DNA of 64,000 bases, taken from Mizuhopecten yessoensis. Taxonomy: Eukaryota. The notes beneath the pieces are model-generated. The model did no database searches. It was given only the letters and a program-made list of their open reading frames with translations, and was not told the DNA's origin. The position numbers were made by a program, and so were the translations under genes. Positions 1 to 11,760 of this stretch are shown here, piece by piece. Numbering within the stretch: the first letter of the stretch is position 1; every line of letters starts with the position of its first letter. The stretch is taken from NCBI RefSeq assembly GCF_002113885.1, contig NW_018408912.1, positions 1 through 64,000 of the forward strand. The letters run 5' to 3'.

Positions 1-699
1 GGGGAATGATGTTTACTTTGTCATTATGTTTATACACAGTATACACTGCAAGTTCCTCGATAAGCATTACACGAAGACAATGCGTTCACTTAAGCATTGA
101 ACTGTTTTTGTATATTATTTATGATCTATTTGAATGACACAGCTTTGCAAGCAAACAACATAATGCGCGCTAGCTGTGTCATTCAAATCGATCTTAAATA
201 AAATACAAAAACAGTTCAATACTTATATTTACGTTTTCTCTGCCTCTTATGTTCTTTTTTAACTGATAATTTATATTTAAAATTGAAAATGCCCGCGTTA
301 TCGACAGTCCATACAATTTCGTTCAATAGTTTGAACAGCGAATTGTCGCGTGCTGATTGGCAAACAAAGTAGTATTTTGAAATTTTAACAAACACTTGAA
401 TTTTATTCCACAATTCAGTATCAATACAATTGCGTATGATATGTATATAGGGTGATTTAAGTTTATCAATAGAACTCTGAGCTGAAAGTTAGATTTTAAA
501 TTGTTCCGATTTTGCCCCGGAACAAATTTCGCGCATGGACAAAAACAGTGAACACCGTAAATCCGACCTTGCCCTCCACGAGGGAGTTATTTTTGGAAGT
601 TAATTCGAACTTTACTCTTCGCTCATTTTGTGAAGAATCCAGGCGTGAATGTATTTGTTGATTGTATGGGAACCTGACAACAGTCGGTAGATTCTATAA

Positions 700-1532
700 C
701 AGCATGGTTATTTGTCATGTAATCATATTATTATTGGACCTTGTGAACATGATAACTTATATTAAGTAATTATCAACCCAGTTTGATGAAACTTTGTTTG
801 CGGCCTTATATCAATAAGATCTCGGATGAGTTCGAAAATGGGAATTATTTGACATTAACTAACAGAGTTATTGCCCTTTGTAATACTATTAGTATTGGAC
901 CTTGTAAACACGATATCTTGAATAAATGTTGACGGAGTTCAATGAAACTTTGTCCGGTAATTATTTGACGGTAACCTGCAGAGTTATTGCCCTTTGTCAT
1001 TATATTATTATTTGTCCCTGTGATATTGATTGACATTACACAAGAATAGATGTAAATTCATGTGGTACACCCATTTTTCATTCATGACGAATTTTTCCTA
1101 TTAACAAGGTGCTATTCAAATTTTGTGCCTTATTTAATAAATCATTGATTTACGCTTTTACTTGTTTCTTTTAACCAAGAACAGAAGACATACAGTTACC
1201 AAGTTTGTTCAAAACAGACCCCTTGGGTCAAAATTGGAGTCACACCCATTTATTTCAGTTATCGTGTTCACAGGGTCCAACAATAATAGAATTACCAAGG
1301 GGAATAACTATGTAAGTTATAATCAAATTGGTCAGGTATTCAAAATCATCTAGGATCGCATTGATACAAAGCTGCATACAAAGTTTCATCAAAATCGGTT
1401 CATATTTACGGAAGTTAATGGACGATGCAGCAAGGTCACTCGGACCGACGAAAAGTATGAATTGGCCCCTGGGTGATAGTCCTAATTTGAATCGGATGTC
1501 AGGTGACCGTTAAGGCCCACGGGCCTCTTGTT
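700..1532 (+). mobile_element. Non-autonomous Helentron/HINE-like element remnant with internal core repeats (one copy inverted)
   Basis: The core motif 'agagttattgccctttgt...attggaccttgt' recurs at ~730-1020 and appears reverse-complemented at ~1270-1310. The 3' end 'tcaggtgaccgttaaggcccacgggcctcttgtt' (1499-1532) contains the hairpin aggccc-ac-gggcct followed by a T-rich flank, as in mollusc HINEs. The left boundary is approximate. Confidence 0.6.
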
Positions 1533-1775
1533 TATTTTATTTTTTATTTTGCACATCAATTTACAATGACATTCTCAAATCTCACAATGCCCAGCGATAT
1601 TTCAGCAGCCGTCATGTTTATTTATATTGGATATTGTAGTTCCGGTCAGTGTTGTATTAATAGGCTAAGAATTGTGTCTCGTGATGCATGGTAATTATGG
1701 TCCCATCAACGACACAGCTTTCAAAGAGGCTATATAGTGACAATGCCATGCAAATGTAAATGTATAGCTACGTAC

Positions 1776-1847
1776 GTATGAACGCAATTTGATAAACGCC
1801 ATTTTGAAGCTTCTCCCTCCACCTCGAATAACGTGAGAAGCAAACAT
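1776..1847 (-). CDS. Possible first coding exon (MFASHVIRGGGRSFKMAFIKLRSY), resembling a mitochondrial transit peptide; the gene would continue off the left edge
   Basis: gccaaaATG start context, 24 codons with no acidic residues, followed by the donor-like GTACGT. No downstream exon identified in the window. Confidence 0.25.
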
Positions 1848-4358
1848 TTTGGCGACGTTAGGCTGTTCCATGAATCTCGTTTCCACCAACGACACAGACA
1901 CTTCAATACGGAAAATATAAGGGAGAACCTTTATTTCGTTAAATGATTGTGTATTGAAAAGTACTTTTTATTGTTCATTCAGGTATATAAATATGGTAAC
2001 ATGAAGCTCTAGCGGCTTCAATCCTTATGTGACATGAGCCATGTTATAGTAAGACACTCGTAAAATGTTATTAGTTCCCTCACGACGTACATGTTGTGTG
2101 TTACGTGTACACTACTGCTGCCAGAAGTTTGAGGACGGTCTGAACCAGAGGGGAGAACGTCACATGCAATTGTACTTTATGGCTTTCTTTAACACAACGT
2201 TAATTATTTTGATTGAATTCCGCTGACAGTGGCGAAGTGGCGACATATGATCCTGTCACGTGTTCAATAATACATTGGAACGAGGATCTGTGTACAGTAC
2301 GGCGACAAAATGAAAAATTAGGGGTATGTTATTACTCCCGGCAGTAACAGCGGCAGAGTTGCTGATATGAGCGGTACCACTGTTTGCCGTGCATGATTGC
2401 TGTGAGTACACAAGTGCAGCAGATTCTGATTTAAAAAAAAAATGATTATAAGAAATTTGCTAATTCCACACAAGTATTACATTACAAAAGTTTTCTTCTC
2501 ACACAAGTTTTATACACAACAACGTTGTCATTGCCAGGTGAACGTTTGAAACTCAAGTCTTTCGGAAAATTGTAAATGAGGTTCAAATTACATATAGTAG
2601 AAGGTATATACTGGCTTTTGCCACGTGAACACATAAAACTCGACTTTGTATGATTGTGAAATAATTAATATATTTATTTGATGCGTACCCCTAAAACACG
2701 AGTTACAAAGGAAGACAACTTTAAGGACTGTACACTGTCTGGTTAACCAGAGGGTTTTAGGCAAGTTCTAAGAGTAAACTTTAAAGTATACTGTAAGGCA
2801 ATGAGTAGCATACATAGTTTTGCTGCCTCATCTCTGAAGTGGGCAACTTCTTCCAGATTATAACTTATCACGGTTAAGTGCTACTCTATAACATAAACTA
2901 GTCTAAAAAGGAATATAACTTTTCAGTAAAAAAGTCTTTTAGGAAGAGAAGTTATGATTAGTCTATATCCCAGAGAGAGAATTGGGGGACACAAAGAGAA
3001 CTGAGGCCGGATGAGAGAACGTGTCAGCCCTGCCAGTATGTTTTGCACGATTTCTCACCTGGGCGAGAAATTGTGACGTAACAGTACCGCATTATCAGTT
3101 ATTTATTGTTTTACTTTACTTTAGTATATAATTGTGGTTTTAAAGATCTATGTGCATTTGTACAAACAGAAATGCCACATGACCTTTTGGTTGGTTGGAT
3201 TCCTCACAGACAGTGCTTTGTGTGATGGGACCAATATGTCACCGAGCGCAGAAAGCAGGTGCCCGATACATTCTGTTTGTAAGTCCGAGATCAGCCATTT
3301 CCTGCGGATTGCGGAATCCTCCAGGGCTGTAGGCAATTCCAATATCAATTGCTTCCGAATTTATGGTGTTCGACTGATCTCTTCTCAAACCAAATTGATT
3401 TCACGTTCCGATTAGCAAGAAACGTGTACGTATTAGATTTGGTCAGCAGGCCAACGCGCGCTATCTGGACGTTTTTCATTGAGACAAAATCATAAATAGC
3501 AACATGAAACACTCTTGCGATTCAATACTTTGGTTTGAACTATATATAATAGGTTTCCGCAAATGATTATTCGAATACTATTGACAGATGTAAGGAGCTT
3601 GTGGCTCTGGTATCGTGCTGAGGTATTTGTAACATGAGAAACAACAGTACACTCGACCACATCTTCCAATGTAAATGTAATCACTTCTAGTACCTATACC
3701 TGATATTGGCCACACACCAAGGATGTGGTCTGTGATCAAGTCCACAACCGTTACAAGCGTCTGGTGGACGCGGATATGACATTGCTCGCTTAGATTCATG
3801 AAGACATTCGGACACGCTGGCTGATGGACAGTGACCAGAGCAGCAGATACGAAACTGTCTGACAAGGGATTGTTGCTTTATTGCGACGGCGTCTACATTA
3901 TAGGGTCTGTTTATAAATATCTATCTCGTAAACACACGATTATTTGTGTATAATGACATTCCCTACCTTTATCCCATAGACATTAATGTCAGGAAGTGCA
4001 CGCCTGTATGTCTATCACTTATAAACAGTTTATGTGTCTCGCTAATCACTTTCTACTCTCACCTTCACAACGATATTAATGCAGAATCTTTAGCGACTTT
4101 CCTTTTAATATGGGTTTCTGGAACTAGTCTAGAGGGCTACAAGGCCCTGTCTAAATCAAAGGAAACATTTAGGACGAATTTCGAGAATGTTTACTGAAAT
4201 GGAAACGAATTTACTTGTAACATAATTTGTGTCACATATCCAATAATACGCGGAAATATTTCGCAAACAATGCAACACGTTATCACTGTCGTCTCCATCT
4301 TGGTGGAATTAATATCTTCAGTGTGACGACATAATGCATCTGACGTCACATTAGTATG

Positions 4359-4859
4359 GTGATAAATAGATGATGATATGGGGGGAGGGTTGCTAAGGAA
4401 ATCCGCCATTTTGGATCCAAGATGGCGCCTTAGCAACCCCCTTTACCTACGGCTCCATATCTTCATCACTTCATCATGCTTTTTTTTTGCGTGTGATGTC
4501 ATCAATTTTAGTGTTAACGACTGAATTATCTCCCCCTGTTTCCAAAAGGTGTGTATATTTAGTGTGACGTCATTTTGACGGAATTAACTCCCCTTGTTTC
4601 TGACTTTTAACCTTCTGATTTCAGGTATTGCATCCATGGACTGTCTCTCTCTCTGCAATGCTTGACAGACCTGTTTTTTTTTTCTCTTTTCTTTTCTTTT
4701 CTGCTCTTTTTCTGCTCTTTTTAGTCATATCTTTTCATTTTCCTTGATAATCTTATACATAAAACATATTTATAAACAATAAATAGTTACAACATGCGTT
4801 TTTTACGATATAACATAATTCTTTTATTTACAATGTGCTGATTAAATCAACTAAGGTGT
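4359..4859 (+). repeat. Left long inverted repeat (~500 bp), with a hairpin at 4387-4439
   Basis: 'gtgataaatagatgatgatatg...ctaaggtgt' aligns by eye to the reverse complement of 6994-7480. Confidence 0.9.
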
Positions 4860-5981
4860 AAAAAAAAACCACGAATGGCTTTTTCCAAATGAAAAATAGT
4901 GTTAGTTTTCCTCGCTCAACATGGCCAATAAGTAGTGTTGTCGTGTTGTTTGAACTGAAAGAAATAGAAAAAAAAAATATCAATACATTAAAAAAACCCA
5001 ACAAAAAACAGAAAAGCAAATGCACTATTTTTTACAATATACTTATACTTACATGGTAGTTTGTAATAATACTGGCCACTTGCACGTCGTTGTCTATGCA
5101 TTCTTTGACGATGTTGTTTCCTAATGCACTCCTTGTCGTTTGATATGTTTTGTCGTTCCTTCCTGTACGTGTCTGCTTGCCGTTGTATTAATTGGTGCTG
5201 GCGGAGGAAGTCGGATAGACTGCATATTGTCAGAATCGTACGGTAAGCTTAAGTTGACGCCATGGTCGTCGAACGTGATGTCACTTCCATCGATCGTTAT
5301 CAGCTCTTAACTCAGGCTTCTATGTAAAATCAAAAGAACATTGGAAGACGGAGGGGTCAATTTCAGTTTTAAGGGGTCAATTGCCCCCTCCAGGATTATC
5401 CCTGGGAGGCATAAACGAAAATAGCTATTTTTACCCCCACGAAAACGAAAGTTAAGATATTTCTATAAGCATATTGCATGTATAAGTATTCGTCTATTTT
5501 GTAAGACATCTATCATGTCTTGTAAAGGTTTTTTTCAAGGATTCCATACTGTAAATGCACTGGTCATAGCCAAAGATAGCTCCTTGCAAGCTGTTAGACA
5601 ACCCTGTCAATTGCCGATAAACTTGTAGCTGAAGTTACTAAACAATTTCTAGCTATTCTATAGCTTTAAAACAGTTACGATTCAAGAAATATTTAGAATT
5701 GTCATGAAATACGTTTTAAAGTAAAGAAAATACCTGATAATCGTTGTTATTCGTAGACTGAACCGTTCTTCAAAGCCTGGTGTAGTGTCAACTATCCGTT
5801 CATGTGACGTCATAACCGAAAGTGAAAAGTATAAGAGTTACTTTTGGTCCCTCTGGAGTACAAGTGGTTTACAAAGATAGTACAGGGGTCCTTAATTGAT
5901 TCGCAAAGTAAAGAGTGTCGCCGATTTTGATTCAGATGTAGCACCTGTTACGACAAAGGAGTGAAAACAGCTCTTTACACT

Positions 5982-6256
5982 TTAATAACCGTACGGATAC
6001 GTGTTTAAATAACCCTTTTAGTATATACGAGTCTATACAAGTTGGTACGCGTTTCATTGTACAGCGCAAATGTCCTCTGATCCCTCATTATTTTTTCGTC
6101 TACTGTTTTTGTGACTCTACCGCGGTCCGACAATACAATGTCTTTCATCATAGAGAAGTTGACAGTCCTGTCGTTTTGTACTGTACGTTCAGGGAAAATC
6201 ACCTGACCTTACACGTAGTGTTGTCTTTGTCCTTAGGTCCGGCAAAAACGAATTCC
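5982..6256 (-). pseudogene. C-terminal fragment of a protein-primed DNA polymerase B (Polinton/adintovirus type)
   Basis: Manual translation: EFVFAGPK...TTCKVR*FSLN / frameshift / VNFSMMKDIVL...YRLVYTKRVI / frameshift / TYPYGY-stop. This matches the pPolB C-terminal motifs EFVSxGPK, CKVRGFxLN, YxKR and the terminal TxPYGY. Confidence 0.85.
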
Positions 6257-6675
6257 GAACTATTTGTTCACAATGGGGTAGCTTTAGATGACGTAACGGT
6301 CGTCGAACGTGACGTCACTATCATCGATGTGTATATTTCTGTGACTTCATCCAATTTAGTGTTACAGAATGAATTATCTCACCCTGTTTCCAATAGATGT
6401 GTATATTGCGTGTGACGTCATTCTGCTTCTGTTTTCATTGGCGTTACACACATTACACAAACATTTATGAAATGATGTGGAGGGTGGTTGTAGTTTGTGT
6501 ATTGTGTGTGACGCCATCAATTTCGCATTACCTACGAAATTATCTCCCCTGTTTCCGCCTTTTTCTGATTCTGATTTCAGGTATTCTCTCCAGGGCTTTC
6601 TCACCAATGCTTCGTCGACCTTACAAAAACGCCATTAATAGTAACATGGAAGCCGAATTAGAAAGGCTGTGAAAA

Positions 6676-6790
6676 GACCAATCAGAGTTTGACCAATCAA
6701 ATTTGAGCAGCTAAATGCAATGACCAATCAGATTTCGACAAATTAGATTTGAGCAACTAAATGCATCGACCAATCAGATTTGAGCAACGA
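6676..6790 (+). repeat. Short tandem repeat of CCAAT-containing units inside the Polinton relic
   Basis: 'gaccaatcag/a..tttgagca' repeated about four times. Confidence 0.7.
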
Positions 6791-6993
6791 TATACAACAC
6801 ACGGTGCTGTGTACATCAACAAGATAACCCCTAAGTTTGACTTGACTGATTGTTAGCATTGATTTAAAAGAAACAGAAAACAAACGTTTTAGTTGGAAAA
6901 TACCAAACTCTTTTTAGTACTAGTTATATATAAACGCGTTACATGCACTTCAGCTAAAGATGTAGACCTCACTCAGTGTTACGTGAAAATGTA

Positions 6994-7480
6994 ACACCTT
7001 AGCTTATTTAATCAGCACATTGTGAATAAAAGAATTATATTATATTGTAAAAAACGCATATTGTAACTATTTATTGTTTGTAAATATGTTTAATGCATAA
7101 GATTATCAAGGAAAATGAAAATATAAGATTAAAAAGAGCAGAAAAGGAGTAGAACAGAAAAGAGAGAAAAAACAGGTCTGTCAAGCGTTGCAGAGAGAGA
7201 GACAGTCCATGGATGCAATATCTGAAATCAGAAGGTAAAAAGTCAGAAACAAGGGGAGTTAATTCCGTAAAAATGACGTCACACTAAATATACAGATATT
7301 CAGTCGTTAACACTAAAACTGATGACGTCACACGCAAAACCCCCCACATGATGAAGTGATGAAGATATGGGGCCATAGGTTGAGGGGGTTGCTAAGACGC
7401 CATCTTGGATCCAATATGGCGGATTTCCTTAGCAACCCCCCACCCCCACCCCCACCCCCATATCGTCATCTATTCATCAC
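6994..7480 (-). repeat. Right long inverted repeat (~490 bp), with a hairpin at ~7384-7440
   Basis: 'acaccttag...catatcgtcatctattcatcac' is the reverse complement of the left copy. Confidence 0.9.
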
Positions 7481-8490
7481 AGGGGATTGAATGCGTATAT
7501 TAACATTGTAATTCCATTTTTGTTGATGGCAGTCTTAGTCAGCAGATTTTGATATTTGTGATATAAAAGCTTCAGTGTATAAAGTATTCCTATAGCCTCA
7601 TTTTATGCGAGGCGGTAGTATAAGCGTCAAGATCAAATTGCTTCTGGTACATGCAATGTTTATATACACCTACGGTAATAAGCAAAACATGACATGGATT
7701 TATTCATTGCGTAAAAGCAAGACAGTCAATGGTCAAACATACATCAGGAACACTTCCGCATCATAGACAGAAAGCTTTACAAAGTACACGGGCTCAAAAA
7801 TTTAGGTTTCGATACTAAAACACTGGGTTTAACTTGCTCAACATAATTCATTTTCATTTGTCTGTTGTTGGAATGCTGCAATGCAAGGTACAGGACAAAT
7901 TACCATTAAATAGATCTTATGTAGTCCTGCTTGTCAATCTTATCGTGACAAGAAACTTCGTGAAGGTGTAATTTATTATGATTTTATCTTCTTATTGTTA
8001 TATATACGTGTTGTTTGGTGTGTTCCGTATCTACATTATGATTGTCGTTTTTAATCCATATATAGGGTCATTTAGAAGACGGCAACCTTTCCGAGATTAT
8101 TTATCATGTTCATCGCGATCGACATGAAGTGTAATGTGTGAATCTTTACATCTTTATGGTAATCTTTTTAAGCTGTCAGTCTTACGGCCCGAGATACCAG
8201 CGAATCACATTTACTTTTCCTAAAATAGTCACTGGTTGCTATACTGGCCTATATTTAGCACAGACTGTTAGTTTACACAGGAAATGGATACCATACTCAT
8301 TCATCACCCTTTGGACACGTCTAGCCACTAATGGACACCACTTTCGACAGTTTATGTCATTGACACACACCAATTTGACAGACAAATACCAGAAACGTAA
8401 CCATCAATTCTACAGTTAAGTTTTTTTTTATTAGATCGACGAGCAGACATATCAACATCTTGTGTAAAAGCTCCACCAGGGGGTCACAAT

Positions 8491-8596
8491 TTACCCACGG
8501 AAAACAGACGAGTTGAAGCCATTGAAGTTAACTCTCTTAGAATATACTTTGAAGTCCCTGAGATCTGGTATCGTCTTGGGGTGTTCGATATTGAAC
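8491..8596 (-). CDS. Exon 6 (last) of the C7orf31/SPMIP4-like (DUF4555-like) gene
   Basis: ctcag acceptor and phase-2 join. Encodes (R)FNIEHPKTIPDLRDFKVYSKRVNFNGFNSSVFRG-stop, which resembles the C7orf31 C-terminus as I recall it (QKRF...DLRD...F.G.NS..F). Confidence 0.8.
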
Positions 8597-8804
8597 CTGA
8601 GAAAGAATAAGAATGATCATTAAACTAAATGTATGTGACAAATAATGATCGCATTGGAATTTTGTTGAATGAGTTTCACACGATATAACTGTATCCAAGG
8701 AAACTAAAGCGAACAATACTATTACAGTCAAACAACCATAGACTGAAATAGTCATGTATAAGGGAAATGAATGGAAGTTGCAATTGTTGAAGTTGATAAT
8801 TTAC

Positions 8805-9537
8805 CTTTTCTGGGTCCTCGACTTCTGGGGGAGGCTAAGTTTTGGTTCGTGTGGCCACTCAGTCCAACTGTCTATACTGGGTAGGGGTCTTTGGTTGGAC
8901 AATTTGTTTTCCGGCAAAGTTTGGGTCCGTTTGGCAAGTTCCATTTCCATTTTCAGGTCTACCATGTCCCGAATTAAGGTCGGAGGGATGGCAGGACGGA
9001 GGAATCTGGAACAGCCATCAGTAATGTCTTCATTATCCTTTTTCTCAACCTCATGATTCATTGTATCCGGTACTGTTTGGTCACTTTCGAATCCTTCAGT
9101 ATAATGAAAGATAGACGGCAAACGGTACCGATACACGTCTTGTATAAGGTGATTATGGAAGTTCTGATTGGCGTCATATTCACCATCAAACATTTTTCGC
9201 TTGAGAGACATTGGTGAAAAAAACGAAGGTTCGTAAATTGATTCTCTATCGTTGTCAGCCTCACGCAATACTTCCGGTGGGGCGCTACCAAACTTGTCCA
9301 TCACATGACTACACGCACCATCACTGTGTCTGTCACATGGAGGCTGAATAAAAAAAACAGGGCATGACATCGGTTGACTTTCATCTGGAACCACGCAATC
9401 GAGACACATTGTCTGATTTACGTCGCTCTCTGACGTCACATCCACAGGATACATACTGCTGTAACGAGAGGAGCAGTACAGCTTCCGGTGTGTGTCCTCT
9501 ATGGCGGACCGTGTGGACGGCGGTAACACGTGGTCTC
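8805..9537 (-). CDS. Exon 5 of the C7orf31/SPMIP4-like gene
   Basis: A 733-nt open frame (ORF 8801..9529) bounded by a ttacag acceptor and an AG|gtaa donor. Phase 1 in and phase 2 out match the neighbouring exons. Confidence 0.85.
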
Positions 9538-9689
9538 CTGTAACATAACCATAAACATTCTCTTAAAGATAATTTTTCTGAAAGTCAGTTTAAAAACTTC
9601 ACCAGCCCGGATGTTTCAAAATAGTGTTCCCGTGTATTCATTGGATATATGACAAAACAGACCTCCCTGTAGCACACCGTACATTGTAT

Positions 9690-11760
9690 AGACATTCATA
9701 ACCACAGAAGTTCTTCCAGTTCATTATTTTCCAACCTGAAGTTAACTTCGTGTATATTGGCTATATCTATCCATAACTTATCTCTTATAACATTCGTAAA
9801 ATCACATCTTAACACAACATGTTCTGTATGATTTGCAGTGTTACTGCTTCTAATTGTTACAATAAGATTCATTATAAACTGTATAAAGGGCATTTCTTTG
9901 ATAACAACTATAGACAGTGCGGTTGTAACTTATCATGAATATGTATAAATTTTGCTCAAATCATAGTCATTTGAGATACGTTCACTAAAATCATTTTCCT
10001 GTTTGATTGAAACAGACACTTTCACTATAGTTTTCCAGTTTCTCTCATCAGGAAAATTACAATTATTTATAAGTTCATGCACATATTTGTACAGACTATA
10101 CTTCAATTGTATCCATCAACAGAACTGCTGTAATCAATGGATTCAAAAAGATCTTATCTGATAACGTATTCCTGCCCATACTACATAGCCTTCCAAAAAT
10201 AGTAATCTCTTGACGTTAATAATACTTTCTATGGATGACCATCCTATTTTCTTCTTTCAAATCCTTGTATAGATTTTATTACAACATTGTGAGCCCGTTC
10301 TAATATAAGAATTTCTGTTCGTGACAAATACCAAAGTTCGCAACCATACAGTGCCGAAGCATATACCGTATGTTTGATTAACTTACATGAAGTGTAAGTG
10401 GGTTTAAAGCTCTTGGATGTAATCCGTTCCGTATGAGTCTCATGGTATCACTTTTTAACTTACAACATGCTCTAGAGATGCGATTGAAAGAATTTAATTT
10501 AGAAGTTAATGCAACACCAACATGAATAATGGTTTCCTTTTGGTATTATGATTTTCATTTTTTTGGTCTTGGTCCCAGAAAAAACCAATCTCCATTTCTT
10601 GCTATATTTTTCGCAAATATCTAACATACATCTAACATCGCTGACTCTATTAGCAATCAATGTGATATCGTCAGCTTGAGTAGGAACATTTACAGTTATT
10701 CCCATTACAGTGCAACTTTTACCGCTTTTCTCTATTTGATTCAGTACAATCTAATTAAAATTATATCTTCACATCGCTCCCGCTTACTGATATGTCGCGT
10801 TGAAGATTTAACAACATCCCGTAGAGGGTCACGTCAGAGGTCAACATGAATGCATTATCGTATTTATAACAAGCTAATCAAAACGCGACATAACTCTTTC
10901 TTTAAACCAATCAGAAAGCAGGACCTGTAGCATTTAATGCAGACACCTCGTAGCCTTTTTCGTCTGCTCCAGTGATTGTTTGAATATTGCGAAGCCTGTC
11001 ATTGGTTAATTTTAGTTTCAGGTTGTTAAACTTTTAAACGACAACATCACCAGAAGAGGAAGTCTCTCTTATTTCAAAGCAAAATCCACAAATTCTACAA
11101 ACGTTGTCTTGTAGATAGACACGGCGTGGTGTCATGGGCGCCGCCATTTTCGATGCTCATTTGACACCTCTCTGCAAGTCATAGCAAGTGTGTTCCGAAA
11201 TCATTACATCATCACTTACAGAAATGCATAAGCTCTCATCTGATTGGTTAATGCAAAGGTCGCCTGAACATGACCATCTACGGGATGTTGTTAGATCTTC
11301 AACGCGACATATCAGTAAACGGGAGCGATGTGAAGATATAATTTTAATTAGATTGGATTCAGTAGATCATTAATAAAAACTAAGTACATTTTTGCTGACA
11401 ATGCTCTTCCTTGTAAGATACCCCGTTGGACGTTAACCCACCTCGATGTATGGTTATTAGCTATTATACAACTTCGCACACCAGTATTCATACATTTTAA
11501 GATTACCCATACCTTTGATTTAAGTCCTATTTCATGTAACTTGTACAACAATCCAACGTGCCAAACAGTATCGAAAGTTTTGTTCCTGTCCAGAAATGCT
11601 ACAGTAACATGTCAAAATAGGACTGATTCTATCATCAATAATAGTTTCGAATATTTTAAAAATAACTGGAAGTAAGGTTACACTTCTGTAGCTATTCGAA
11701 TCCTATCTGGGTTTATTATTACCTTTATATCATGTAACGATTTGCCTTCTTTTACGTAAT
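9690..11760 (-). mobile_element. Decayed non-LTR retrotransposon (CR1/L2-group LINE) ORF2, interrupted by a MITE
   Basis: RT motifs appear in order: YRSVTLL (~11690), AFLD..FDTVWH (~11580), RGILQG..LS...Y.VFINDLL (~11400), PTQADD (~10680), KWRLVFS..KT, and a C-terminal EHVVLRC..RDKLW (~9800). There are many stops and frameshifts. Confidence 0.85.
10747..11355. mobile_element. 609-bp MITE with ~85-bp TIRs and a 9-bp TSD (Mutator-like by TSD length)
   Basis: TIR 'caatctaattaaaattatatcttcacatcgctcccg...' with its reverse complement ending at 11355. GATTCAGTA is duplicated at 10738-10746 and 11356-11364. Confidence 0.9.

Larger units (their letters stand above)
4359..7480. mobile_element. Internally deleted Polinton/Maverick (adintovirus-like) relic with long inverted repeats
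   Basis: 4359-4859 and 6994-7480 are reverse complements with scattered substitutions and indels. The interior holds a decayed pPolB C-terminus. No TSD or canonical AG-type terminus was found, so the true ends may be lost. Confidence 0.8.

Noticed and set aside
4345-7490. Target-site duplication around the Polinton relic
   Set aside because: The flanks (..ttagtatg | aggggatt..) share no duplication, so at least one end is probably truncated and I do not claim an intact insertion.
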